Source: Nitrospirota bacterium (lineage in GTDB: Bacteria > Nitrospirota > UBA9217). From it: a stretch of DNA of 64,000 bases. Below are positions 55,210-64,000 of the stretch, one piece after another. Numbering within the stretch: position 1 is the stretch's first letter; each line of letters starts with the position of its first letter. The DNA lies in NCBI GenBank assembly GCA_963749655.1, contig CAVVOB010000030.1, positions 128,001 through 192,000 on the forward strand. Direction: 5' to 3'. A program made the position numbers and the translations under genes. The notes under the pieces are model-generated. The model was not told the DNA's origin. It saw nothing but the letters and a program-made list of their open reading frames with translations, and did not search any database.

Positions 55210-55911
55210 ATGACGGAAAAAGAACCTCTCATCCCGAAGCACGGCGGGTACCGCAATCTGAAGAGCTTCCAGCTTGCGCAGCTCGTCTATGACGTGACGG
55301 TCCGGTTTTGCGATCTTTACATCAACAAGCGCAGCCGCACCCACGATCAGATGGTGCAGGCGGCCAGGAGCGGGGTGCAGAATATCGCCGAGGGCAGCCA
55401 GGCGTCGGCTACCTCCAAGAAAACCGAACTCAAGCTGACCAACGTGGCCCGGGCAAGCCTGGAGGAACTGCGACTCGACTACGAGGATTTTCTGCGGCAG
55501 CGCGAGCTGCCCATGTGGGAGCCGGACCATCCGGCTCTCAAGCGCTTTAAGGCGAAGCGTTGTTCCTCTCTGCAGGATGTGCGGACATGGGTGGAGGAGG
55601 AGAAAAGGGCGCAGACAGGAAAGAGCACACGGACGGACAAAAGCACACGGACAAACAGGGACGGACAAGGACTTACACAGAGCAGAACACGGAACAAACA
55701 GTCCGTGCCTGTCAGTGCTGGTCCTTGTCGGTCCGTGTCCGATTCTACGCTCGTGGCGAATGCCGCTCTTTCGCTCTTGAACCTGTGCTGTTTCTTGCTC
55801 GATCGCCAGCTTGCTGCCCAGGCAAAGGCTTTCGAAACTGAGGGCGGTTTTACGGAGAGATTGTTCCGGGTACGGAGCGCTAAAAGGAAAGGAAGTCCTT
55901 ACCCTTCTTAA
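55210..55911 (+). CDS. Four-helix-bundle (IVS/Avd-like) protein with suffix domain and in-frame palindromic insert
   Basis: GGYRNLKSFQ, DQMVQAARSG.QNIAEGS, ARASLEELRLDYEDFLR, FETEGGFTERL. Confidence 0.88.
   Translation: MTEKEPLIPKHGGYRNLKSFQLAQLVYDVTVRFCDLYINKRSRTHDQMVQAARSGVQNIAEGSQASATSKKTELKLTNVARASLEELRLDYEDFLRQRELPMWEPDHPALKRFKAKRCSSLQDVRTWVEEEKRAQTGKSTRTDKSTRTNRDGQGLTQSRTRNKQSVPVSAGPCRSVSDSTLVANAALSLLNLCCFLLDRQLAAQAKAFETEGGFTERLFRVRSAKRKGSPYPS
55626..55740. repeat. Decamer palindrome inside four-helix-bundle CDS
   Basis: (ACACGGAC/ACAAGGAC)n ... GTCCGTGCCT GTCAGTGCTG GTCCTTGTCG GTCCGTGTCC. Confidence 0.75.
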
Positions 55912-55932
55912 AGACCGAAAACGACGGAAATA

Positions 55933-55968
55933 GAAAAGGCGGGAAACGAAACGTTTCACGCCTTTTTG
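55933..55968 (+). terminator. Intrinsic terminator
   Basis: AAAAGGCGGGAAAC-GAAAC-GTTTCACGCCTTTTT. Confidence 0.7.
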
Positions 55969-56027
55969 GTTGTCCTCGTAGCGACAGCCTGCTGCTGGTT
56001 CAATCATGCTGATTGAACCGAATAATT

Positions 56028-56077
56028 AACTATCGGAATGTGCTCAAGGCGACTTATCGGTGGAAGAGCCAGTAGGA
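56028..56077 (+). repeat. Direct repeat 2 (orphan copy of RM gene 3' end)
   Basis: Encodes NYRNVLKATYRWKSQ* vs NYRNVIKATYSWKNQ* in the RM gene. Confidence 0.88.
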
Positions 56078-56184
56078 AGGAAGCAGCTGACGGTAACAAG
56101 GCAAATATTGCGAATTGCAGATGACTTGATTATGGAATCAGAGCTCAGGTTGAATGTATCCGCTTATCACCGGGAGGCGCTGTT

Positions 56185-56406
56185 ATGACGAAAACCGCCG
56201 AGAAACTAGCCAAGGAGATCCATTCCTTATCGGACATAGAAAAACTTCAGATTGTGGACTCGATCCTCACTGATCTTGACAAGCCGGACCCGGCGATAGA
56301 CCGCATCTGGGCGGAAGAAGCCCGAAAACGATGGGCCGCCTACAAGGAAGGCCGTATTCTCACCGTATCCTATCAGGAAGTCATGGATAAGCATCGCCGC
56401 TCATGA
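56185..56406 (+). CDS. Addiction-module antitoxin (TIGR02574-like)
   Basis: LSDIEKLQIVD.IL..L, IDRIWAEEARKRW.AY..G. Confidence 0.85.
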   Translation: MTKTAEKLAKEIHSLSDIEKLQIVDSILTDLDKPDPAIDRIWAEEARKRWAAYKEGRILTVSYQEVMDKHRRS

Positions 56407-56479
56407 ATGTCCGCTTTCTCGCCCCGGCCCGACAGGAGCTTGACGATGGGAAAAGAGTTCCTTGATGAATTGGACCGGC
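56403..56479 (+). pseudogene. ParE/RelE toxin remnant
   Basis: MNVRFLAPARQELDD, then GKEFLDELDR in another frame, then lost. Confidence 0.65.
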
Positions 56480-56554
56480 AGCTTGAGGTCCAGGCAAAGG
56501 CCTTATCCCTCGACGCCGGCGACTATCATCTGCCGGCGCGCGTTACAGGTGCGA

Positions 56555-56911
56555 TCATCGCCGTTTTGCATCCATCAGCGTCAGGATCTCCGCGAAGCGA
56601 TAGGGCTTGAACAGGAAGTCATCCGCTCCGGCAGCGAGGAATTCCTCCTTCTTGTCGGCCGAGCTCACCCCGATAATTACCGAAGCGGGAAACCGGGTGC
56701 GCAGGCGCTTTGTTGCATCAACGCCGTTCATGTTCGGCATGTTGAAGTCGGTAATAATGACATGAAAATCGCCTTCCGCCGCGGCTTCCAGGGCCGCGGC
56801 CCCGTCATCGCATCCGCGCACGTTGAATCCGCTGGTTTCCAGCAATTGGCATAACAGCTCCCTGACAGGCGTCGTATCTTCGATTACAAGGATGTTCCTC
56901 CTGCCCTCCAT
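56555..56911 (-). CDS. Single-domain response regulator
   Basis: ILVIED, ITDFNMPNMNG, GADDFLFKP. Confidence 0.9.
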   Translation of the reverse strand: MEGRRNILVIEDTTPVRELLCQLLETSGFNVRGCDDGAAALEAAAEGDFHVIITDFNMPNMNGVDATKRLRTRFPASVIIGVSSADKKEEFLAAGADDFLFKPYRFAEILTLMDAKRR

Positions 56912-57097
56912 GCTTCACCTCCGAGGCGTGATTTGGCTGCAATTCGCGATAATTTTAACCGGGAGCAGTTCGTGCCGTATCGACGTCCCCCTTGCGTCTC
57001 GAAACCCCGCCGAATGAGGCAAAAAGGGAACGGATCTCAGCCGCCGCGTTGCAAAATGTTTCATTTTGTTTGGCAGCGGCTTCAAGATGAGTTATTA

Positions 57098-57147
57098 TAC
57101 CACTTTAGGTTGTAAATTGTAAATAGAAATTACAACCCGCGGTTGAT
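57098..57147. promoter_or_regulatory. Tandem palindromic operators upstream of XRE regulator
   Basis: TACCACTTTAGGTTGTA and TACAACCCGCGGTTGAT. Confidence 0.45.
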
Positions 57148-57181
57148 AGACATTCGCTGTGTTATTTCTTAAAGTAGCGGC

Positions 57182-57535
57182 ATGAAGAACGAAAACAAAC
57201 GGATCGGCCAACTCATCAAAGAGATCAGGATTGCCCGGGGCATGACCCAGATGAAATTATCGGAGTTTATCGGGGTGTCCTATCAACAGGTGCAGAAATA
57301 CGAGAAGGGCAGCGACAACATCAGCGTGGAAAGGCTCAAGCAAATAGCGAAGGCCGTCAACGTGCCGGTAATATTTTTTTTACCCCTTGCGGCTGAGGCC
57401 GTCGCGGAACCGGCGGCTTTCTACGGAAAGACCGCCGACGACGAGGCGCTTCTTCTCCGGTTCTATCGCCGGATAAAGTCCAGGAAAGCCAAGAAAGCGG
57501 TGATCGAACTTCTGAGGACGTTTACCGCCAATTGA
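57182..57535 (+). CDS. XRE-family HTH regulator
   Basis: GMTQ.KL...GVSYQQVQKYEKG. Confidence 0.9.
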   Translation: MKNENKRIGQLIKEIRIARGMTQMKLSEFIGVSYQQVQKYEKGSDNISVERLKQIAKAVNVPVIFFLPLAAEAVAEPAAFYGKTADDEALLLRFYRRIKSRKAKKAVIELLRTFTAN

Positions 57536-57620
57536 GGGCGGTGCCGTGCGCGGGCGAAAGGAAATCCGTCTCACGGCAGTCCTGCAAAGCAGCAAAAAAA
57601 ACCGTAATTGGTCAAATACG

Positions 57621-57654
57621 AAAGGCGGAGCGCCGGTCGCTCCGCCTTTTTTGT
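57621..57654. terminator. Bidirectional intrinsic terminator
   Basis: AAAGGCGGAGCG-CCGGT-CGCTCCGCCTTTTTT. Confidence 0.8.
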
Positions 57655-57674
57655 TGCCCGCTTGTTTTCCGCTG

Positions 57675-58457
57675 CTACGCCAGATCTCCCGCCGCGAAAG
57701 TGAGCTCGTCACGGAAGGTCTTGATCAGATAGACCGCCTTCATGATCTCCCCGTCGTTCACGTTCACCATCGCCGCGGAGAGTCCTGCGCCGGCGAGATA
57801 GGAAAGGTAGGTCGAGGCAACGCCGGATTTCAGATTCTTCGGCAGGCCCGTGGTAACGTTCGATATCCAGACCGCGGTGTTGAGCGGCGGGTCGACCATC
57901 TCGTTCAGTACGACAATGCTCTCATGGGCGTTCAGGAGGTGCTCCTGGCCGTTGCCCTTGCTGATGTGCACCACCGAGGGGTCGGCGAAGATCCGCTCAT
58001 TCGGCACGTCCGCGGCGTTTGCTTTTTCGATAAGCTCCTCGAGGATCATGAGCTTGGCCTCGAGCGTCGAGGGCACCGTACCCTTAAGCGCCCGGAGGAT
58101 AATGTTCGACTTCGATTCCCGGACCAGCGACAGGATCTCGTCGGCATTCTTCTCGTCCGCCGAGAGGTAATTGATGATGGGCGGCTCGGTGCAGAACGGC
58201 ACTGCTTTGCGGAGGGCACTCACGTTCCGCGAATCCAGGCAGAGCGGCAGCCCGCCGCCCTGCTGGACGGCCTCTGCCGCCAGGGGCAGGAGCTCCTCGT
58301 CGACGCTGCCGTCGGTCGAGACCTGCACGTTGATCAGCTCCGCGCCCTTTGCCGCAAGCTCCGCTGCCATGGCTCCGATGGCCTTTTTGTCCTTCTTCTT
58401 GAGAGCGTCCATATAAGCCTTGTTCCGCACACTGAGATTATCCGCGATTACGAGCAT
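57675..58457 (-). CDS. Pterin-binding methyltransferase (AcsE-like)
   Basis: LPLCLDS, IINY, IFADP, ISNV, AGLSAAM. Confidence 0.75.
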   Translation of the reverse strand: MLVIADNLSVRNKAYMDALKKKDKKAIGAMAAELAAKGAELINVQVSTDGSVDEELLPLAAEAVQQGGGLPLCLDSRNVSALRKAVPFCTEPPIINYLSADEKNADEILSLVRESKSNIILRALKGTVPSTLEAKLMILEELIEKANAADVPNERIFADPSVVHISKGNGQEHLLNAHESIVVLNEMVDPPLNTAVWISNVTTGLPKNLKSGVASTYLSYLAGAGLSAAMVNVNDGEIMKAVYLIKTFRDELTFAAGDLA

Positions 58458-58645
58458 ACCTACCTCCTCGGCAACGGTGTATAGTAAAATTTTTTAATAC
58501 AGAAAACGCTGAGAGCATCGTGAGGAAATCAGCGCAGGCGTTTGACCTTTCCTCTTAAACGTTCTGGTGTCGGATCGCATATTCCTGATTTCAGTATACC
58601 ATAAAACCGTAGTCGTACCCCTCGCCGTCGTGCATCGCCCGGGTC

Positions 58646-58673
58646 TTGACAAATCCGCCGCATCCATTATAGT
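58646..58673 (+). promoter_or_regulatory. Sigma-70 promoter, leaderless geometry
   Basis: TTGACA-N16-TATAGT, 6 nt before ATG 58680. Confidence 0.65.
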
Positions 58674-58679
58674 TACCCC

Positions 58680-59534
58680 ATGAGAACAGAACGGCTGGAC
58701 ATCGGGCACAAGGACATTCTCGGGGCAAGGCTTAGAGGCCTGAACGTCATGCTCTCGGAATATACGTTTGCGAACCTCTATCTATTCCGCAAGAACCACG
58801 ATTACGAGGTCCTATTCGATGACGAGATCTTTATCCGCGGCCGCTCCTACGACGGCCGCACCTACCTCATGCCGACCCGGGACGTCCGGCAGCTGGAACC
58901 TGCATACCTGAAAAACCTGCTGGGCGATGCGGACTTTTTCTTTCCCGTGCCCGAGCCGTGGCTGACGGCATTTCCAGCCGGGATCTTTTCCGCGACCTTT
59001 GCCGAAGGCGACGCGGATTATATCTATACCGTGGAGAAGATGAGCACCCTCAAGGGGCGCAATCTCAGCAAGAAAAGGAACCTGCTGAAGCAGTTCCTCT
59101 CCCTCTACGACCATGATGCCAGACCGCTTACGAACGACCGGCTCGACGACGCGCGCTCTGTTCTGAAGGACTGGCTGGTCACGACGGAGATGAAGGCCGA
59201 GGATACGGACTACGCCCCGTGCCTGGAGGCCCTTGACCGGTATGAGGAGCTTGTCTTGTGCGGCGGCATCTACTATGCGGAGGGAGAGCCGGCCGGGTTC
59301 GTGCTGGGTGAGGAGCTGGACCCTGCGACCTTTGTGCTGCACTTTGCCAAGGCCCGGACGAAATTCAAGGGCGTCTATCAATACCTCTTCAACAACTTCG
59401 CAACAATCCTGCCTCCGAAGTACAAATACCTGAACCTCGAACAGGACCTCAACAAGGAGAACCTGCGCGTCTTCAAAGGGTCCTATTCTCCCGACGCAAT
59501 GCTGAAAAAAGCGCGGGTGAGCGTTGTGCGGTGA
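58680..59534 (+). CDS. DUF2156 / aminoacyl-PG synthase C-domain-like protein
   Basis: SEYTFANLY, DYIY....TLKG..LSKKRN, HFAKA, NLEQDL...LR.FK.SY.P. Confidence 0.85.
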   Translation: MRTERLDIGHKDILGARLRGLNVMLSEYTFANLYLFRKNHDYEVLFDDEIFIRGRSYDGRTYLMPTRDVRQLEPAYLKNLLGDADFFFPVPEPWLTAFPAGIFSATFAEGDADYIYTVEKMSTLKGRNLSKKRNLLKQFLSLYDHDARPLTNDRLDDARSVLKDWLVTTEMKAEDTDYAPCLEALDRYEELVLCGGIYYAEGEPAGFVLGEELDPATFVLHFAKARTKFKGVYQYLFNNFATILPPKYKYLNLEQDLNKENLRVFKGSYSPDAMLKKARVSVVR

Positions 59535-59667
59535 TGCCTGAAGAATGCTGGACCGCGGCAGGCAGAGCCGGAGCTGATAACGGACGGCTGGAGAGAGGCA
59601 CGAACAGGTTCATGTTCCGGGCGAGCTGCATTGGAAACAGCTTTGACAGGTCGGCATTGCGTAGACG

Positions 59668-61254
59668 ATGAGAAATAAGAACAGGGCAAGAAAAGACGAG
59701 GACGGGGAAAAACCGAGTGGCGGCGCGTTTATCGCTACCATGCTCGTTTCCCTGTCGCTTGTCCTCCTCATCGCTCTTCTCTATTTCAGGGTCGGCGGCT
59801 ACGAGTTCATCGAGCTCGACGACAATCAATATGTCGCGAATAACGCCCAGGTCAGGCAAGGTGTGACGTGGGAAGGGCTGTCCTGGGCTTTGTCGTCCCT
59901 TTCCCGGAGCAACTGGCATCCCGTAACGTGGCTGTCGCACATGCTCGACGTAGATCTCTTCGGCATGGATGCAGGCCGGCATCACCTGGTGAATGTCCTG
60001 CTCCACGCCTTCTCCGCAGTCCTGCTGTTCCTCGTGCTTCGCGCAATGACGACTGCAACGTGGCGGAGCGGTTTTGTCGCGGCCCTCTTCGCTGTTCATC
60101 CCCTCCATGTCGAGTCCGTGGCCTGGATCGCGGAGCGCAAAGATGTGCTCTCGGGCCTCTTTTTCATGCTTACACTGCTTGCCTACGCAAGATACGTGCG
60201 TCGGCCGGCAGTGTCGAGCTACCTTGTTCTTGCCGCGTTGTTCCTGCTGGGACTCATGTCCAAGCCGATGCTGGTGACGATGCCGTTTCTCTTGCTGCTT
60301 TTGGATATCTGGCCTCTGCAGAGAACGGCCGTGTCCGGCGGCAGCCTCAATTCCGGAGTCAGGGCGCTCTCGTGGAGACGTCTTGCGGCTGAAAAGATAC
60401 CCCTCCTTGTTCTCTCGATCGCGTCTGCAGTGATAACCCTCATCGCCCAGCAGAAAGCGATGGGCTTGTTCGATGTCCTTCCTCTTTCTACAAGGGCGGC
60501 CAATGCGGCAATTTCTTATGTCCGGTACCTCGTGAAAATGGTCTGGCCTGCGAATCTGGCGATCCCCTATCCCTATGCCGCCGACCGCGAGCCCTGGTGG
60601 GTGATAGCAGCGGCAGTCGTCATACTGGTATCGGTTTCCCTGCTGGTCGTGCGACAGATCAAATCGCGACCATATCTGGCGACAGGCTGGCTCTGGTATC
60701 TGATCATGCTGGCGCCCGTCTCAGGACTGATCCAGGTCGGTCGTCAGGCGATGGCGGACCGCTACACCTACCTGCCGCTGATCGGTCCGTTCATTGCGAT
60801 CACGTGGTTCATGGCTGAAACCGGACACGAAAGAACCCTTGTTCGGAAAGGTGTTCTTCCCCTTATGGCAATCGGTGTTCTTGCCGCCTTCTTTGCGGTA
60901 TCTTTTGTTCAGCTGAGCTACTGGCAAAACGGCGTAAGCCTGTTTTCCCATACCCTTGCCGTAACGTCCGGGAATGCAGATGCTCATAAGTTTTTTGCAA
61001 TCGCCTTGAGCAGGAGGGGGCAGTATGAGGATGCGATCAGACATTTCTCTTCTGCCTTGAACCTCAGACCTGATGATGCAGAGACCCAGAGGAATATGGG
61101 GCTGACCCTTGTTGCGATGGGCAGGCGGACGGATGCGGTCGCCCATTTCCGCGAAGCTGTCCGAATAGCACCGGACGACAAACTCGCCCGTTCTTTTCTT
61201 CAGGTATACGGACAAGAAAAACAGCAGGGCGAGGAAAAGCCAAATGCGGAATAG
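59668..61254 (+). CDS. TMTC-like membrane glycosyltransferase with TPR tail
   Basis: LDDNQYV, NWHPVTW, HPLHVESVAWIAERKD, ADRYTYLP, TPRs. Confidence 0.85.
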   Translation: MRNKNRARKDEDGEKPSGGAFIATMLVSLSLVLLIALLYFRVGGYEFIELDDNQYVANNAQVRQGVTWEGLSWALSSLSRSNWHPVTWLSHMLDVDLFGMDAGRHHLVNVLLHAFSAVLLFLVLRAMTTATWRSGFVAALFAVHPLHVESVAWIAERKDVLSGLFFMLTLLAYARYVRRPAVSSYLVLAALFLLGLMSKPMLVTMPFLLLLLDIWPLQRTAVSGGSLNSGVRALSWRRLAAEKIPLLVLSIASAVITLIAQQKAMGLFDVLPLSTRAANAAISYVRYLVKMVWPANLAIPYPYAADREPWWVIAAAVVILVSVSLLVVRQIKSRPYLATGWLWYLIMLAPVSGLIQVGRQAMADRYTYLPLIGPFIAITWFMAETGHERTLVRKGVLPLMAIGVLAAFFAVSFVQLSYWQNGVSLFSHTLAVTSGNADAHKFFAIALSRRGQYEDAIRHFSSALNLRPDDAETQRNMGLTLVAMGRRTDAVAHFREAVRIAPDDKLARSFLQVYGQEKQQGEEKPNAE

Positions 61255-61385
61255 GACGCTTTGTCGAAAGGACGAGAACGAGGCGGTTCGGCCGCCTGAT
61301 CGGACGGAACCGCGTGCAACAGGATTTCCAGGCGCTCGCGGACCCCTGGAAAGGTCGCCCCGGCGAGACGCTGAGAAAAGAGGCC

Positions 61386-61784
61386 TCAGCGATCAGCTGA
61401 TTTCCGGAGAAGAGCGACCATTTTCCTCGCGAAATCGGCATCGCGGGTGTAGGGCCTGCGCTCGATGATCAGCAGGAATTCCCGCTCGGCCTCGACAGAC
61501 ATGCCGAGAGAGTAGTACGTAAGTGCCAGGTTGTTCCAGGCGTCCGTGAATTGCGGGTCGAGGGCAAGGGTGCGCTTCAACAGAGCAAGGGCTTCCGGGT
61601 GTCTTCCGGCGGACATGAGGGCAAAGGAGAGATTGTTCAGCAGGCGCACCTTGTCCGGGGACTTGAGTGCGGTGTCGGTCAGAAGGGAGATCTCGTCCCG
61701 ATAGATCTCCGACCTCGCGAAACTCATCGCGCCGAACGTCGCAATGAGCAGTGCTGCGCTTATCCACCGCAGTCGGTCGAGCAT
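61386..61784 (-). CDS. TPR protein
   Basis: SPDKVRLLNNL, ALDPQFTDAWNNLA. Confidence 0.7.
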   Translation of the reverse strand: MLDRLRWISAALLIATFGAMSFARSEIYRDEISLLTDTALKSPDKVRLLNNLSFALMSAGRHPEALALLKRTLALDPQFTDAWNNLALTYYSLGMSVEAEREFLLIIERRPYTRDADFARKMVALLRKSADR

Positions 61785-61922
61785 GGCGGTACAGTACCAT
61801 GACGCGGGGCGGGATGCAACATGATCGTGCGCGGTCCTGAGGGCCGCCGGACCTGTGAAGAAAATGCGGCGGAATTCATCCCGTGTTGCAATTGTATTAT
61901 TCAGCGGTTAAAATAGATGATC

Positions 61923-62843
61923 ATGGGCAAGACCGGGTTCCTCTATGACGACATATTCCTTCTCCATAAGCCGCCTTCCTGGCACCCTGACTCTCCGGAC
62001 CGCCTGCTTTCCATAATTACCGCGCTGAAAGCCTCTGGGCTTTGGCAAAGATTGATCGCCATTCCGCCGCGCAGGGCCTCGTTCGGCGACCTCCTGCGCG
62101 TGCACACCGCCGAGTACGTGGAGCACATAAAAAGCTTCGGAGCCGGCGAACTGGATCCCGACACGTTCCTGTCGGAAGGAAGCCTCGAGGCCGCGCTCCA
62201 CGCCGCCGGCGCCGTCATGGAGGCGGCCGCCCGGTGCAAGGCCGGGGAGATCGACCGCGCGTTCTGCGCAATCCGTCCGCCGGGGCACCACGCCGAAGCC
62301 GGCCAGGGAATGGGCTTCTGTATTTTCAACAACGTGGCCGTGGGCGCGCGGTATGCGCAGACCATCGGCTTTGAGCGCGTTTTCATCATCGATTTCGACG
62401 CACACCACGGCAACGGGACCCAGCATATCTTTGAAGAAGACGACCGGGTCTTTTATTTCAGCACCCACCAGTACCCCTACTATCCCGAGACAGGAAAGGA
62501 CATGGAGCGCGGCAGGGGCAGGGGCGAAGGGTACACCTACAATGTGCCGATCCTCGCAGGGTCGGGCAACAAGGATTACCTTGCGGTGTACCAGGACATT
62601 CTGCCCGGGCTGATCAGCCGGTTCAGGCCGGACCTGGTTCTCGTGTCCGCGGGCTATGACATTCACATGCACGATCCCCACGCGAACATCCGCATTACCG
62701 GCGAAGGCATCGAGGCTATCGTTCAGAGCATCCTGCGGTCCTGTCAGGCGATACCGGCTGTGTTCGTTCTTGAGGGCGGCTACGACCTGCCGTCGCTCGC
62801 TGATTCCGTGAAGATCACGATCGACGCGATGCTGCGGTTTTGA
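61923..62843 (+). CDS. Histone-deacetylase-family protein
   Basis: RPPGHHA, GFCIFNNVA, DFDAHHGNGTQ, SAGYD, LEGGY. Confidence 0.93.
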   Translation: MGKTGFLYDDIFLLHKPPSWHPDSPDRLLSIITALKASGLWQRLIAIPPRRASFGDLLRVHTAEYVEHIKSFGAGELDPDTFLSEGSLEAALHAAGAVMEAAARCKAGEIDRAFCAIRPPGHHAEAGQGMGFCIFNNVAVGARYAQTIGFERVFIIDFDAHHGNGTQHIFEEDDRVFYFSTHQYPYYPETGKDMERGRGRGEGYTYNVPILAGSGNKDYLAVYQDILPGLISRFRPDLVLVSAGYDIHMHDPHANIRITGEGIEAIVQSILRSCQAIPAVFVLEGGYDLPSLADSVKITIDAMLRF

Positions 62844-62869
62844 GCATTCAGGCGGCATTCGCCGTGAGT

Positions 62870-62912
62870 AATCACGCGCCCCGGCGTCCCCGGCTCTTGC
62901 CGGAGGGGCTCC
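62870..62912. repeat. Structured repeat element, copy D (degenerate short form)
   Basis: aatcacgcgcc..gtccccggctcttgccggaggggctcc. Confidence 0.65.
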
Positions 62913-63015
62913 GCAAAGTGCGATAAGTCGAAACTGACGGCGCTCCGGCGCAAGATCTTGACGAGGAAAACTGTTTACAGAACACCGTCGGCCGTGTTAT
63001 ATTTCCCCTCACCTT

Positions 63016-63279
63016 ATGATAAAACCGGGCCGTAAAATCAGGCTGTATACGCTCAGCACCTGCTCGCACTGCAATCGGACAAAGCGTTTCTTCCGCGAGA
63101 ACGGGATCGACATGGAATTTATTGATGTCGACCTTCTTACCGGCGAGGAGCGCGAGCAGATCATGAACGAAGTGCGCAAACTGAACCCGGACTGCAGTTT
63201 CCCGACCATCTGCATCGACGACGTCATTATCGTCGGCTTCAACGAGGACAAGCTCAAGAAGGCGCTGGAGATGCCATGA
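63016..63279 (+). CDS. Glutaredoxin/NrdH-like redoxin
   Basis: LSTCSHC, SFPTI, IVGF. Confidence 0.88.
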   Translation: MIKPGRKIRLYTLSTCSHCNRTKRFFRENGIDMEFIDVDLLTGEEREQIMNEVRKLNPDCSFPTICIDDVIIVGFNEDKLKKALEMP

Positions 63280-63608
63280 CGGCGGAGAAACTGTATGACA
63301 TCCTGTCGAAGTACGCGGCATCTCAGGGCATCCGCCTGAATAAGGACAAGCCCTTTGTCATGGATATCCTCGAGGGGCTCCTCACGAACGAAACGCGGTA
63401 CGGCTACCGCTCCTGCCCCTGCCGCCTTGCATGGGGCGTGAAGGATAAGGACGCGGACATCGTCTGTCCCTGTGTGTACCGCGATCCTGACATCAGGGAA
63501 TTCGGCAGCTGTTTTTGCGGCCTCTATGTGTCGATGGACTGGAACGAGGAACGGACCGCACACCGCCAGGTGCCTGAACGAAGACCGAAAGAGAAACGGG
63601 TGATGTAG
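63276..63608 (+). CDS. Ferredoxin:thioredoxin reductase catalytic subunit-like
   Basis: CPCR, CPC, CFC motifs. Confidence 0.9.
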   Translation: MTAEKLYDILSKYAASQGIRLNKDKPFVMDILEGLLTNETRYGYRSCPCRLAWGVKDKDADIVCPCVYRDPDIREFGSCFCGLYVSMDWNEERTAHRQVPERRPKEKRVM

Positions 63609-63677
63609 CGTTGACGGAAGCAAAGCCTGCGGTCGAGTGCGCAGAGGAAGAGGCGGAAAATTCTTGAGAAGGATAGA

Positions 63678-64000
63678 ATGATGAAAAAGAAAGCACATGC
63701 CGGGAAAAAGAAGCCGGCCATGCCTGAATTCGAGTTTAAGGAGTTCACCGCCGAGGAAAACCGGGTCTACGAAGAGTCGGTGAACAGGCTCCGCGAACAG
63801 ATGGCAGCCGGAAAGACCCTCCGCCAGGCTTATGAAAGCGTCGTGATCGAGAACAAGGATCTGGAGAAGCTGATCCAGGCGGATTTTCTGAAGATCATGA
63901 TCGCGGAACGGCATTACGGCCAGCGCCAGGCGCTGGAGGATGTCGCCCGCGCCCTCGATGTTCCCCTTGATCTCCTCAAGGACACCAATGCGCGGATGCT
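63678..64000 (+). CDS. Hypothetical protein, runs off the window end
   Basis: AAGGA RBS; open to the end (..QADFLKIMIAERHYG..). Confidence 0.7.
   Translation, partial: MMKKKAHAGKKKPAMPEFEFKEFTAEENRVYEESVNRLREQMAAGKTLRQAYESVVIENKDLEKLIQADFLKIMIAERHYGQRQALEDVARALDVPLDLLKDTNARM

Noticed and set aside
55210-55911. Diversity-generating retroelement (Avd-like gene)
   Set aside because: No reverse transcriptase or TR/VR pair; mismatches in the 50-bp direct repeat are not adenine-specific.
49416-56027. Integron cassette array
   Set aside because: Genes are co-oriented, but no attC-type RYYYAAC...GTTRRRY palindromes or intI were recognised.
1-64000. CRISPR array, tRNA, rRNA, integrase or transposase
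   Set aside because: No regularly spaced repeat-spacer run, cloverleaf, rRNA-like tract or recombinase motifs were recognised.

Overview
A GC-rich chromosomal window. The gene content (AcsE-like methyltransferase, ADP-forming acyl-CoA synthetase, ferredoxin:thioredoxin reductase, YeiH/rhodanese genes) suggests an anaerobic Nitrospirota- or deltaproteobacteria-like organism; that placement is inference. The backbone is mostly housekeeping: dinB, UDG, lgt, infA, gmhA, rsmA, peptide ABC permeases, a sulfur/metal transport cluster, a Mn-riboswitch-led P-type ATPase and an ECF-sigma operon. An accessory/defence region at about 45.1-56.5 kb holds MNT-HEPN, a type IIG/ISP-like RM enzyme, Schlafen-like and DUF2971-like genes and decayed TA modules. 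No CRISPR array, rRNA, tRNA, integrase or intact transposase was seen. Best leads: (1) a ~140-nt multi-stem non-coding RNA candidate directly upstream of a Glyoxalase_8-like/GNAT fusion gene in the island (51552-52683); (2) a GIY-YIG nuclease inside perfect 29-bp inverted repeats, with gene-less copies of the repeat elsewhere; (3) a four-copy structured element with compensatory changes; (4) an unannotated CxxU selenoprotein candidate with a SECIS-like hairpin; (5) an amber codon at the tip of a palindromic insert in an otherwise in-frame P-type ATPase; (6) a duplicate of the RM gene 3' end that brackets the island. Several genes at 14-39 kb carry single-base frameshifts that look like assembly errors, so every single-nucleotide claim needs read-level confirmation. 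All family assignments come from motif recognition, not database searches.
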